This document shows, in pieces, positions 13,770 through 28,757 of a stretch of DNA of 64,000 nucleotides. Each line of letters starts with the position of its first letter. Within the stretch, counting starts at the first letter, position 1. The stretch comes from Malacoraja senta. Lineage: Eukaryota. Both the position numbers and the translations under genes were made by a program. Below the pieces are notes generated by a model that was not told the DNA's origin, ran no database searches, and saw only the letters and a list, made by a program, of their open reading frames with translations. The stretch lies in NCBI GenBank assembly GCA_038087875.1, contig CM075988.1, positions 1,240,001-1,304,000 on the forward strand, in the 5' to 3' direction.

Positions 13770-14447
13770 CAGGGCCGGATTTAGAAGAGTTGTTCCACTT
13801 GTGAGGCCCCTCCCAATCCCCTACCCCCACGACTAGAGGAAGATGGTCCACCAGATTGACACCGATTTGCAGCCGAGCGTGGCAAATGAGATAAGGGGCT
13901 GGAAAGCCACGCTTTGTATTTATTTATTTATTGCCAGTGCTAATGTTGAGTTATTGGCTTAAAACACTATTATTCTGAAATGAAGGGCAAGGAAAATTAC
14001 TGAAGGGTTGTTTAGAGACTACAGTGCGTTGTGACAGCATATGTAAGAAAGGCCTATGACAGTGTCAAAAATATTATACACCTTGCAGGGCTCTCACTTA
14101 ATTTTTTTTCTCTGTTGTCAGCCGGGCAACCTTGGCAGCTTTTTAAGTTGCCAAATGACAGTTTAGGTGGTCATTTAAGACGGCTTGCATGACGCGTGCG
14201 ATAATGTGCTCGGTGAAGTGCGTAGTTACCAGTTGGAATTATGCTCAATGAAGCATTCACATATTATTTCTGCTTCAAATAAAGTCACAAACTAAACATA
14301 TTCACCAATCAAGACATGATATATACCACAATGACATGCAGCAAAATTATAATACAGTATCTCAACTCTTTTTACACGTTGCAATTAATGCAATTTCTAT
14401 TATTTCTTTCCACTTCCAAACAAAAATCTGGTTGGATTATTCAGCGC

Positions 14448-14900
14448 ATGATCAACCTCGGTGAGACAAAGTACAGGCTTGGCGATCACTTCGCACAACA
14501 CCTCCACTCAGTTCGCAATCACCAACCTGATCTCCCGGTGGCTCAACACTTCAACTCCCTTCCCATTCCGAATCCTACCTTTCTGCCTTGGGCCTCCCCC
14601 ATGGCCAGAGTGAGGCCCAACGCATATTGGAGGTGCAGCACCTCATATTTGCTTGGGTAGTTTACACCCCAGTGGTATGAACATTGGCTTCTCTAATTTC
14701 AGGTAGTCCTTGCTTTCTCCCTCCTTCCCCTCCCATTCCCAGCTCTCCCACAGCCTACTGCCTCCGCCTCTTCCTTTCTTTTTCGTGTCCCCCCACCGAA
14801 ATTAATCTGAAGAAGGGTCTCGACCCAAAATGTCGCCTATTTCCTTCGCTCCATAGATGCTGCCTCACCCGCTGATTTTATCCAGCATTTTTGTCTACCC
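14448..14900 (+). mobile_element. Penelope-like element 3' fragment (GIY-YIG C-terminus + terminal repeat)
   Basis: GETKYRLGDHFAQHLHSVRNHQPDLPVAQHFNS, followed by CTGAAGAAGGGTCTCGACCC at 14807. Confidence 0.85.
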
Positions 14901-17529
14901 ATTCACACAAGTTGTGTTATCCCACTTTCCTCACCCACTCCCTACACATTAGGTACAATTTTACAGAGACAAGTTAACAAACAAAGCCAATGCGTCTTTG
15001 TGATGTGGGAGGAAACCCACACGCTTGCAGGGAGAATGTGCAAATTCAACACAGACAGTGCCCGAGGACAGGATCGAACACAGATCTCTGGCGTGTGAGG
15101 CAGCAAGTCTACCAGCTGTGCCACTATATTTTGTTTTCCAACACACAAAAAATTATATGTTGATAACTTTGGTTACTAAAAAAATGAAAATATCCATTTT
15201 CAGTATTAAATCTCCAAGTGATGCTATGTTCCCCTTTACAGCTACTGTATGTTTTAATTAAGTTCAAGACTATGGGGCAGTACATTGGCCATAAAGTTGC
15301 TGCCTAAAAGTGCCAGAGACCCGGAATTGATCCTGAATATGGGTGCTGTCTATATGGAGTTTGCTCCTTTTCCTTTGATCACATGGGTTTTCTCCGGGTG
15401 CTCTTGTTTCCTTCCACATTCCAAAGGTGTGCAGGAACCTTTTTCAGACCCAACCCAAAACGTAATATTTTCCTTTTGTTCAGAGATTCTGTCTGACATG
15501 TTGAGTTACTCCAGCTTTTTGTGTCTATCTTCAGTTTAAACCAGCATCTGCAGTTCCTTCCTACACACACGATACTATACGATAGAACTTTATTAATCCC
15601 TGGAGGGAAATTGAGTGTGTGTGGGTGTATATATATACACACACACGCACACATATATATAGTTATATAAATATACACCGTTTTGTTTTCTCGTTTATAA
15701 CATTGTTTACAGAGTACTATGTTTACATATTCTGTTGTGCTGCTGCAAGTAAGGATTTCATTGTTCTAACTAGGACGTGAGAGAATAAAACACTCTTGAC
15801 TCTTGACTTACTCCGTTAAGGTGTGGGATAGAACTAGTGTACGGGTGATCTGTGGTCGGCGTGGACTCGGTGGGCAGAAGGGCCTGTTTCCACGCTGTAT
15901 CTTTAAATTAAACTAAAAACACTAAAACCAGAGGGAGTCTAAAGAAGGGTCTCTACCCGAAACGCCAATGTCTTCTATCCAGAGATGCTGGCTGCTCCAT
16001 GGAGTTCCCCCGCGCAATTAAAGCATGGAATAGTCTTCAGCCTTCCATAGTTACCCAACCAGACGCAACTAAATTCAAGGTACCTCGTTTTTCCCCAGGA
16101 TCCCTTTTTTGCTTCACTCCAAGTCAAGATTCAAGATTTATTATCATGTGTCCAGGATAGGACAATGAATTTCTTGCTTGCTGCAGCACAAAGTTCAGTG
16201 TGTTTATATACCATAAACCATATATCGTGGTCAGGAAAAGGCCAGATGTCACGTGCCAGCCCTCGTAGCTACTGACGAGGGTTCGACCATAAATGGTCTG
16301 TGTATCAGCCGACGCCACAATATATACACAATAAATAAACAGATAAAATGCAATAGGCTGTTATTATTCAGCCCTCCACCACCTCCAGTTAAAATTCCAT
16401 TTAGAATATTTATGGAGGACCAGGAAACCAGAAGCAAGAGTTACTCCAGGGAGTTACTCCAGATCCAGGGTCAGACAGTGATTCTGCGTTGGTTTTCAGC
16501 GGTCGTGGCGAGGCGGCGACCGGACAGCTATGGCGGCCAGATCTCCCACAAGTCAAAGCAAGGGAGAAAGTGCCCAGCGCCGACCAGTTGCCGTGGCAGT
16601 GCGCATGCGCAGGGCGGCCTATGATGTGCCGGCCGTGGTTGTGCGCATGTGCAGGGGGAGGATGTGCTGGTGGTAGCAGTGCGCATGTGCAAGGCGGCCT
16701 GCCGTGCCGGCGGATGAGGAACGAAGAGCAGAGCCCTTGCGGCCCGGACACGGATAGCGGGCAGAGACGGAGATTGACAGACAGAGAGAGAGAGAGAGAG
16801 ATAGAGAGGGGGGCCCGCCCAGAGTTCAACGGAGACCCCCTCGATTTCGAGGCCCTAGGCTTCAGCCTATGAAGCTTAGTGGTAAATCTGGCTCTGCGAG
16901 GCCCCCCTAGATCTCGAGGCCCTAAGCTTGTCAAGCTTATACGTAAATCCGGCCCTGCTTTTCACTCTGCCATGTGGTGCCGTAAGTGGCAGCCTCACCA
17001 ACTGCCTGTCTCGTCCCTTTCTTCTTTTCTTGGTTTTAGTCAATTTTATTTGTATGTTTTAATGTATCTTTAGTTTTTGTATTATGTGGGGGTTGGGGGT
17101 TGGGGGAAACTTGTTTCATCTCTTCCCTCGACAGAGATGTGACTTTTTCTGTATTATATCTCCGTCCGCACTGCGGCCTTAACATCGTGGAGCTGGCAGT
17201 CCCTTTGTTAGGGATTGACTTCTGGAGCTCCAACTGCAGGAGCTTCGACCGCCCCGATTGCAGGAGCCTCGATCGCCCCTTTGCGGGGGCTTCAATCGCG
17301 CTGACTGCGTATGTTTTGATCGCCCTGACTGTGGGAGAAAAGGAGGAAGGAAGGTGAAAGTTATTCGCCTTCCATCATAGTGGGGAATGTGAGGATGCCG
17401 AAAGAGAAGATGGACGTGCTGCCTGCACTGGTGGGGACTAGTAGGGAGTGTCGTGAGTGCAGTGATCTCTGTGTTTGCGGGGATATGGCGCCATGAGAAC
17501 ATCCTGGTATCTGGTGCGAGTGTGGATAG

Positions 17530-19971
17530 CTTTCTTTTTTTTTTAATTAATATTTTTATTAGAAGCAAAAACATATTATGGTACAAATATTTAATGTATA
17601 TCTATCATACATTATTAATATTATCAATTGTGGATTGATACTGCTTCTAGTTTTTTTTTTATAGATAGAAAGTAAGAAAGCAAGAGAGAAAAAACCCCAC
17701 AAATGTCAAGATTTTAAAAAAAAGAGTGGAATGATTTACTAATAATACATCATTGGAGAGGTTCGTAGGTTATAAAGTATAACTATTCATCTATTCCTAA
17801 GTTCAAGCTTCAGTTATGTTCTGTATCGTCTTGGTGAGACCACACCTGGAGTATTGCGTACAGTTTTGGTCACCAAATCTGAGGAAAGACATTCTTGCCA
17901 TAGAGGGAGTACAGAGAAGGTTCAACAGACTGATTCCTGGGATGTCAGGACTTTCATATGAAGAAAGACTGGATAGACTCGGCTTGTACTCGCTGGAATT
18001 TAGAAGACTGAGGGTTATTCTTATAGAAACTTACAAAATTCTTAAGGGGTTGGACAGGCTAGATGCAGGAAGATTGTTCCCGATGTTGGGGGAGTCCAGA
18101 ACAAGGGGTCACAGTTTAAGGATAAAGGGGAAATCTTTTAGGACTGAGATGAGAAAAACATGTTTTACACAGAGAGTGGTGAATCTCTGGAATTCTCTGC
18201 CACAGAAGGTAGTTGAGGCCAGTTCATTGGCTATATTTAAGAGGGAGTTAGATGTGGCCCTTGTGGCTAAAGGGATCAGGGGGTATGGAGAGAAGGCAGG
18301 TACAGGATACTGAGTTGGATGATCAGCCATGATCATATTGAATGGCGGTGCAGGCTCGAAGGGCCGAATGTCCTACTCCTGCACCTATTTTCTATGTTTC
18401 TATGTTCCCGTGCCGAACCGATCTACCCCTTCAAATAGTCAATGAATGGAGACCATATTCTAACAAAAAGTTATTGTTTGTCCATTAAGACAAGTTTGAT
18501 TCTTTCCAGGTGTAGGGTCTCCGACATTTCCATAATCCACATTTTAATTGTGGGGGTTATAGGGCTTTTCCAAAATTTTAATATTAATTTTTTCCCAGTT
18601 ATTATACTGTAGTCTAGGAAGTTTCTTTGGCTTGTTGTGAGTGTTAGACTTTGTTCTGATATTCCAAGTATTATTAGTTTTGTCGGGATCCAATTTAGTA
18701 TTGACAACTTCAGAAATTATTCTAAAAATATCAATCCAGACATTTTTAATATTTATGTGTTAAGTTAGCCTCTAGATGCTGACATTTATCACAGATAGGA
18801 GAGATATGTGGGAAAATTCTATTTAGCTTTGCTTTAGAATAATGTAATCTGTGTAATACTTTAAATTGTATTAAAGCATGTCTGGCATTTAACGAGCATT
18901 GATGTATATATTGTAGACTTTCGTCCCAAATATCTTTCATTATAGGTTGGCCTAATTCATTTTCCCATGTATATGATTCCATCGATGGGACCTCATTATC
19001 TAAGAGGGTGTTATAAATACAAGTTATTAATTTTTCTGTATTGGATTCAAACATTCGTCAAGGATTTCTGGTTCCCTAGTCCTATAATTTTGTGTATTGG
19101 ATTTAACATAATCTCTAAGTTGTAGATATCTGAAACAATTATTTGAGTGTAGTCCGTAGATCTGTTGTAACTCCTGGAATGAAAGAAAAGTGCCTTTCCT
19201 ATAAAGATGTCCCATCTTTTTAATTCTGTAATTTTTCCATTGTGTGAAACCTTTATCCAATATGGAAGGTTTAAATAAAGGGTTGTTTACAATGGGAAAA
19301 TAAAGTGATATATTATCCAATTTGAAAGCCTTTTTTAATTGTTTCCAGATTCGTATACCACTATGTATTATAGGGTTTTCCCTATAGGTTTTTGTTGTAC
19401 AATTTTGTGGGAGCAAACATAATCGCACCAATTTCAAAAGGCAAACAGTCTTCCTTTTCCATCCTTAGCCAATCTGGTTGCTCATCCATTTCTTCCAGCC
19501 AGAAATTCATGTTTTTAATATGGACTGCCCAAAAATAAAACAAAAAATTTGGCAAAGCTAAACCTCCATTTATCTTTGATTTACATAAATGTTTTTTGCA
19601 TATTCTATGATTCTTATAATCCCAGATGAAACTTGTAACAATGGAATCGACTTTAAAAAAAAAAATTGGGGGATATATGTCGGAATTGATTGAAATAGGT
19701 ACAGTAATTGCGGTAAAAAAATCATTTTTAGTTAATTTTTATAGCATTAACTCTACCAAACATTGAAATGGGAATTGTTTTCCAATACTGAATATTCTTA
19801 TGTAGTTTATTCTGTAAAGGTGGGAAGTTTAATTTAAATAAAAGAGTATATGTCTTAGTTACATAAATTCCTAAATATTTAAATTTTTCCTTAACTATTT
19901 TAAAAGGAAATTGTTGTAGTGTATGTAAATTCAGTTCCGTTATTGGCATGATTTTGCTTTTATTCCAATTC
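17530..19971 (-). mobile_element. L1/Tx1-type LINE, 5'-truncated, with a nested CR1 3' fragment (about 17830-18405, +)
   Basis: Minus ORFs contain FKYLGIYVT, GRVNAIK, FRYLQLRDY and QFKVLHRLHYS...CDKC. Poly-T lies near 17535. The TSD is TATCTGGTGCGAGTGTGGATAG at 17508-17529 and 19972-19993. Confidence 0.85.
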
Positions 19972-20463
19972 TATCTGGTGCGAGTGTGGATAGGTTTCTG
20001 ACTGTTCGGGCGGACAGGGACTGCAGAGAGAGTGACAGCGGTCAGAACAACTCTGGTCACATCACAGTGAATGAGCATGTGTGTGTGTGTGGCCTGGACA
20101 TTAAACTGATGGCTGTGGGTCTCCGCGTATGCTGTGTGCCCTAGGGATTCTCACACGCCGCTGTAGTGGCTGTTTATGTTTAATCTTTATGTAGTTTTGT
20201 GTCTTGTTGCTTTATTGATATGACTGTATGGTAAATCAAATTTCACTGTGACAATAAAGGACCATTGAACCATACCTCAATACACGCGATAATAATCATG
20301 ACGACACGACTCATGCCACGTCACAGCACATGTGGAGGGACCCATTCCTCGTGCAGTCACCAGAGTTATGTTTCTTGCTTCACCCACTCTACTCTCCACG
20401 AGGCTCCTTCCCTGGTCAACTCTATCTAGCTCTGAGAACTCCATGGGCCAGGTTAGTGATTGA

Positions 20464-20573
20464 CCAATTACAATTGATGAGCAATAACCTTCAGTTGGGC
20501 CTTTTGTTGGGTGTGTGATTGGATGGAGATGCAATTGACTAAACAAGCAGGGAGAGGAGTGGATGTATTTAAA
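20464..20573 (+). promoter_or_regulatory. Putative H2B-variant core promoter (CCAAT, inverted CCAAT, TATA-like)
   Basis: CCAAT at 20464-20468, ATTGG at 20518-20522 and TATTTAAA at 20566-20573, about 80 bp upstream of the ATG. Confidence 0.55.
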
Positions 20574-20650
20574 GGTGTGGGTTGGGCAGTGTGTTTGTTG
20601 TTGTTGGGGTGAGAGGTTCTTGGTTATTCACTGCTCTGGGACTGAACATC

Positions 20651-22113
<1,463 letters not shown>

Positions 22114-22138
22114 GGCTGGCACCATGCCCTGCCACCCC

Positions 22139-22144
22139 AATAAA
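22139..22144 (+). terminator. Polyadenylation signal of the H2B variant
   Basis: AATAAA 25 nt after the stop codon, followed by GT-rich sequence. No histone stem-loop is present. Confidence 0.7.
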
Positions 22145-23309
22145 GGGGAAACCTTGCCTGTGTGTACGTATGCACTATGTGTGGTGGTGGTGGTGAGGGG
22201 GGGGAAGGGAGGACATCGATGGGCACCCCCACACTGCTGCCTGACCCCCTCTGTGGGGGCAGTCATTCACCCCCCTCAATGCCCTCGGTCCAGGCATTGA
22301 GCTGAGGAAGAGTCATGGTCACATAGCAGGGCAACTGGCCCTTCGGACCAACTTGCCCAAGTTGGCACACTGGTCCAGTTCCATTTTCCCACGTTGAGTT
22401 TATTGTCATGTGTACAGTGCTATCCAGTCATCACAAAGACTATACATGATTACAATCAAGCCGTTCACAATGTACACATATAGGATAAAGAGAATAATGT
22501 TGAGTGTATGATAAAATCCGATTAAAGATAGTCTGAGGGTCTCCAATGAGGTAGATGGTAGGTCAGGACTGCTCTCTAGCTGGTGATAGGATGGTTCAAC
22601 AGCTGGGAAGAAACTGTTCCTGCATCTGGAGGAGATGAAATGTGTAGGAAGGAACTGCGGATGAGGTGTGTGTTTTCACACTTCTGTACCTCCTGCCTGA
22701 TGGGAGAGGTGGAGTGACTGACTGGTGCTTGATTATGCTGCTATCCTTGCTGAGGCAGCAATGGAAGGGAGATTGATGGTCTGGGCTACGTCCACTCCGT
22801 AATTTCTTGCGATCTTGGATGGAGCTGTTCCCAAACCATGTTGTAATGTATCCCGATAAAATACTTTCTACGGCACATCTGTAGAAGTTGGTGAGAGTTG
22901 TTGGGGTTATGCTGAACTTCCTAAGCCTTCTAAGGAAGTAGCAGTGTTGGTGTGCTTCAATATGGCTGGTGCAGGTGGTGGGTGGTCAGGGTGTAGGGGG
23001 GGTATGAGGACTGTAGTGTGGGTGGGGAGGAGCTGGGGTCACATGGTTTGAGGGGAATGGGGAAGACCCAGTCGAACAGCCACTGAAGTCACCATGTTTG
23101 GGGGGCTAGCACTAGGACCCAGCGCAGTCAAACTCGGGGGAGTTGGAGTCTGCAGCGTGGAAACAGCGCCACCGATGGTAGGGTTTGTAACAACGCCACT
23201 ATGTCAAAGGTTTTATACACCTTGGTGGAGCGGGCCGAGGCCCCCCTAGATCTCGAGGCCCTAAGCTTAAGCTTGTCTAGCTTATACGTAAATCCAGCCT
23301 GCGGGGAAT

Positions 23310-24694
23310 TACAGACCAGTTAGCCTGACTTCGGTGGTGGGAAAGATGCTGGAGTCAATTATTAAAGAGGTAATAATGGGGCATTTGGATAGCAGTAAAA
23401 GGATTAGTCCATGTCAACATGGATTTATGAAAGGGAAATCATGCTTGACTAATCTTCTGGAATTTTTTGAGGATGTGACAAGTAAAATGGATGAACGGGT
23501 GCCAGTGGATGTAGTGTATCTAGACTTTCAGAAAGCCTTTGATAAGGTCCCGCATGGGAGACTGGTGACTAAAATTAGAGCACATGGCATTGGGGGTAGG
23601 GTGTTGACATGGATAGAAAATTGGTTGGTAGACCAGAAGCAAAGAGTAGGAGTGAACGGGTCCTTTTCAGAATGGCAGGCAGTGGCGAGTGGAGTGCCGC
23701 AAGGCTTGGTGTTGAGGCCGCAACTGTTTACCATATATATTAATGATTTGGAAGAGGGAATTAGGAGCAACACTAGCAAGTTTGCAGATGACACAAAGTT
23801 GGGAGGCAGTGTGAACTGTGAAGAGGATGTTAGGAGGTTGCAGGGTGACCTGGACAGGTTGAGTGAGTGGGCAGATGCGTGGCAGATGCAGTATAATATA
23901 GATAAATGTGAGGTTATCCAATTTGGCGGCAAAAACAAGGGGGCAGATTATTATCTCAATGGGGTTAGGTTAGGTAAGGGGGGGGTGCAGCGAGACCTGG
24001 GCGTCCTTGTTGGCGTGCAGGTACAGCAGGCAGTGAAGAAAGCTAATGGAATGTTGGCCTTCATAACAAGAGGATTTCAGTATAGGAGTAAAGAGGTTCT
24101 TCTGCAGTTGTATAGGGCTCTGGTGAGACCACATCTGGAGTATTGTGTACGGTTTTGGTCTCCTAATTTGAGGAAGGACATCCTTGTGATTGAGGCAGCG
24201 CAGCGTAGGTTCACCAGATTGATCCCTGGGATGGCGGGACTGTCATATGAGGAAAGATTGAAAAGTCTAGGCTTGTATTCACTGGAGTTTAGAAGGATGA
24301 GGGAGGTTCTTATAGAAACATATAAAATTACAAAAGGACTGGACAAGCTAGATGCAGGAAAAAATTTCCCAATGTTGGGTGAATCCAGAACCAGGGGCCA
24401 CAGTCTTAGAATAAAGGGGAGGTCATTTAAGACTGAAGTGAGAAAAAAAAATTTCACCCAGAGAGTTGTGAATTTATGGAATTCCCTGCCACAGAGGGCA
24501 GTGGAGGCCAAGTCACTGGATGGATTTAAGAGAGAGTTAGATAGAGCTCTAGGGGCTAGTGGAGTCAAGGGATATGGGGAGAAGGCAGGCATGGGTTATT
24601 GATAGGGGACGATCAGCCATAATCACAATGAATGATGTTGCTGGCTCTAAGGGCCGAATGGCCTCCTCCTGCACCTATTTTCTATGTTTCTATG
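23310..24694 (+). mobile_element. CR1 LINE, 3' part of the copy split by the hAT-type unit
   Basis: Resumes at TACAGACCAGTTAGCC exactly where 13769 stops. It carries a 422-aa RT ORF (23334-24602) and a (TTTCTATG)n tail. Confidence 0.95.
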
Positions 24695-24799
24695 CTTTCT
24701 GAAAGTTCAGGTACACTACATCCACTGGCTCTCCCTTGTCCATTTTCTTAACTCCTGCAATGTGTTGCTCCTGACAACACCTCGTAAATGTGATCTTTA

Positions 24800-25200
24800 G
24801 GAGGATGTTGCCAGGACTCGAGGGTCTGAGCTATAGGGAGAGGGTGAGCATGCTGGGACCCTATTCCTTGTAGCGCAGGATGATGAGGGGTGATCTTATT
24901 GAGGCGTATAAAATCATGGGAGAAATAGATCAGGTGCACGGTCTCTTGCCCAGAGCAGGTGGATCGAGGGCCAGAGGATATAGGTTTAAGGTGATGGGGA
25001 AAAGATTTCATAGGAATCCGAGAGGTAACTTTTTCACACAAAGGTGGTGGGTGTATGGAACAAGCTGCCAGAGGAGGTAGTTGAGGCTGGGGCTATCCCA
25101 ACGTTTAAGAAACTGTTAGATAGGACAGGTTTGGAGTGATATGGACCAAATGTGGGCAGGTGGGACTAGTGTGGCTGGGACATGTTGGCCAAGTTGGGCC
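24800..25200 (+). mobile_element. CR1 3' fragment (different subfamily)
   Basis: RGDLIEAYKIM...RGNFFTQR. Confidence 0.75.
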
Positions 25201-25299
25201 AAGTTGGACAGAGACTGCAGCACATGGCACCAAGGAAACAAATTGTCTCGAAGTTGTGGGTCTACCTCGGCACTGCCTAGAATCATTGATTAGACGTCA

Positions 25300-25800
25300 G
25301 TCATCACTGGTTTCATCAAGAGATGCATTGATGACTGCATTCCGATGAAATCAATGAGGGTCTATCCTCACCAGAAACTAGGGCTGACCAGGGAGATTCA
25401 CTCTCTGCTAAAGTCCAGATCCAAGGTGTTCATGGTGGATGATCTCACACTGAACAAGTGTGATCTCCACAAGCTGCCCGAGATGCCGAGAGACAATTGC
25501 TAAACAAGCTTGAGGCAATTCAGTCAAACATCTGCTGAGTGACAGTGGTGGGTCCCGAATACCATCACGGGCTACAAGCTGAAGTCAGGGTGACTGACAA
25601 ACACATTTCTACTAGACAATCTCAATTCTTTTTACACCATTTTGAACAGACGGAGTTCCAGACACACTCCCTCCCTGTCCCCCACTGGCCTGACCCATCC
25701 ATCTCAGTGGCACAAGTCAGATGTACTTTCATCAGGGCAAGCTCCCAGCAAGTGGCTGGCACAGATGCAGTCGCTGGGTTCCGAAACCGTGCACAAACCA
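25300..25800 (+). mobile_element. Decayed Rex1/Babar-like LINE fragment
   Basis: VITGFIKRCIDDCIPMKSMRVYPHQK resembles the Rex1/Babar ORF segment upstream of the RT. Confidence 0.5.
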
Positions 25801-26859
25801 AATGGCCACAGTCATCACCAACATCCCACCCACAGTCCGCATCTCCTTCCTCTCACTTCCATAGTCTACATCTTCATCAGCTTCACGCAAACCTCCATCA
25901 ACATGTCCCATCTACACCAGACCCACCTGCCTGCATTTGGCCCATATCCCTCTAAACCTATCGTATCCATGTACCTGTCCAAATGTTTCATAAACATTGC
26001 AATAGTCCCTACCTCCTCCAGCAGTTTGTTCCACACATCCACCACCCTTTGTGTGAAAAGGTTACCCCTCATTTTCCTATTAAATCTTTCCCCCGTCACC
26101 TTAAACCTGGTTTACACCGAAGACACCAAATGCTGGAGTAACTCAGTGGGTCAGGCAGCATCTCTGGTGGCTGCTCCATTCTTTACCGCCTCAACCTGTA
26201 GAGTGTGGTGAACATGCCCAGTCCCCCTCTCCCTCTCCCTCCTTTACCGCCTCAACCTGTAGAGTGTGGTGAACATGCCCAGTCTCCCTCTCCCTCTCCC
26301 TCTCCCTCTCCCTCGAAAGTTCGGACATGCAGACTTAAGAACAGCTTCCTTCCCACTGGTTTAGGTTTAAGTTTATTATTGTCACAAATACGGAGGTTCA
26401 ATGCAGTTTTGTTTTGCTTGCTATCCAACCAAATCAGATAATACAATTCATAATATAATCAAGCCAAACTCAAGTACAATAGATAGAGCAAAAGGATAGA
26501 GAGCAGAATATAGTTCTCAGCATTGTAGCGCACCATAGTCTTACAGCATGGAAACAGGCCCTTCGGCCCACCTATTTCATGCCGATCAGCGATCCCTGCA
26601 CACTAGTTCTATCCTACACACGAGGGACAATTTACAGAAGCCAATTAACCTGCACGCCTTTAGAATGTCTTTTAAATGTTGTATCTGCCTCAACTACCTG
26701 CTCTGGCTTTTTGTTCCATATACCCACCAGTGTGAAAATATTGTCTCTCGGGTTCCTATTAAACCTTTCCCCTCTCACCTTAAACCTATGAGCTCTGATT
26801 CCTGATTCCCTTACTCTGGGTAAAAGACTATGAATTTACCCGATCTATCCCTCTCATGA

Positions 26860-27690
26860 TCTTTCTTATACACCTCTATAAGATAATAATTATAATAGAT
26901 TTTATTTATATAGCGCTTTTCAGGACTCAAAGTCGCTTCTCACCCCTCAGCCTCCTGTGTTCCAAGGAATAAAGTCCTAGCCTGTTCAATGTCTGCCTAT
27001 AGCTCAGGCCCTCAAGTCCTGGCAATATCCTTGTAAATCTTCTCTGCGCTCTAACTCCGCTTAATGGCATTGTTGCCACAGCAGGGTGACCAAAACTGAA
27101 CACAAGTGTGTCCTCACCAATGTCTTGTACAACTTTAACATGCCATCCCCACTTCAATACTAAACACCATGAATGATGAATACCAATGACCCAGAACCTT
27201 CTTGACCACCCTATCATTCTGCGTCATCACTTTCACGCAACCATGTACCTGCACTTCTAGACCCCTCGACTCTACAACACTCCCCAAACCCTGTCATTCA
27301 CTGTGAAGGTACAGCCATGGATTGACTTCCCAAAATGCAACACCTCACATTTATCTGTTCAACTATTCCTCAGTCCACTTGCTCAACTGATCAAGATCCT
27401 GTTGTGATTTTTGATAACCATCTTCGCTGTCTACTATACTACCCACTTTAGTGTCATCTGCAAACTTACTAATCATGCCTTGTACATCCTCATCCAAATC
27501 ATTGATATTAACCACAAACACCAATGGGCCCAGCACTGATCCCTGAGGCACACCACAGGCCTCTAGTCTGAAAAACAACCCACCACCATCCTCTGCTCCC
27601 TTCCATGAAGCCAATTTTCTATCCAGTCAGCTATCTCTCCCAGAATCCCATTGATCTAACTTTCCAGAGCAGCCTACCATGTGGAACTTT
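26860..27690 (-). mobile_element. CR1 RT fragment
   Basis: GVPQGSVLGP...INDLD...KFADDTK and QRRFTRILPG. Confidence 0.8.
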
Positions 27691-28757
27691 AGCAAATGGT
27701 TCCACATGGTTCCATTTCCAAACACAAAGTCCAATGTCCGCCATGGGCTAGCAGTGAATGGGACAGTACCCTGGTTTATGGACGGGCTGTTCAGAAGCCT
27801 GATGACAGAGGTGAAGAAGCTGTTCCTGAGTGTGGTAGTGCTTTCAAGCTTCTGTACCTTCTGCCGGACGGGAGTGGGGAGAAGGAGGAATGACAGGATG
27901 GGGCGTCTTTGGTGATGTTGGTTGATTTTCCGAGGCAGTGTGAAGTGTAGCTGGAGCCAATGTAGGGGAGGCTGGTCTGTGTGATGGACTGGGCTACATC
28001 CACAACCCTCTGCAATATCTTGAGGCCTTGGGCACTGCTATCAGTCTCCCGAACCAGTCGCCTCTTTCATACCCCCCCCCCTTCCCAGAGGTGCTGCTAT
28101 GTTATCTGAATTCAGTTATTCCATCATTACACTTTAGTAATCTTTAGCACTACTTCACATTGCACGACAATCTTTGCACCTTTCCTGTTTTTTATTTATT
28201 GTATTTATCATTGCTACGTGTAGTGTTTACTCTGTGGGCAGATAAGGAATGTCATTGCTCCCTGGTGTGTTCTACAATAAACTAATCTGAATCTCATATC
28301 TTCATTAAGTACTCTGCCAAGTTTACATTGATAACAAGTCTATTCAATTCTATTTTCCGATCCAAAACATCATCCATCCTTTTCCTCCGGAGATGGTGCA
28401 GACCCGCTGAGTTACTCAGGCACTGTGTTTACCTTTGGTATAAAGCAGCATCTGCAGTTCAATTTCTGTCACAAGCCAGTACTGGACTGAGGAAGCAGTA
28501 AGTGGGCCAGACTGACAGATGAGACCATTGTTAATGTTATTTTCAACAGCTGTTACAGTGAATCAACTAAATGTAAGACAGGAACCTGCAAAAATATAGG
28601 ATTCTACTGATCCTTTCTTCTAAACATTAACTGGGTGCTGGAGGCTGAGAGAAATCTACCAGGTCAACAGGCCCTTCAGCCCTCCGCGTTTGTGCTGACC
28701 ATTAACTAGACATTTATCCCATATTATGCTCTCGCACGTTCTCATCAACTACCTTAA

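Noticed and set aside
13770..16957. Treating the hAT element as ending at the perfect internal TIR (16957)
   Set aside because: The following 8 bp (CTTTTCAC) do not match the left TSD, and the CR1 target resumes only at 23302.
22114..22200. Histone 3' stem-loop
   Set aside because: No GGCTCTTTTCAGAGCC-like hairpin is present, and AATAAA is found instead.
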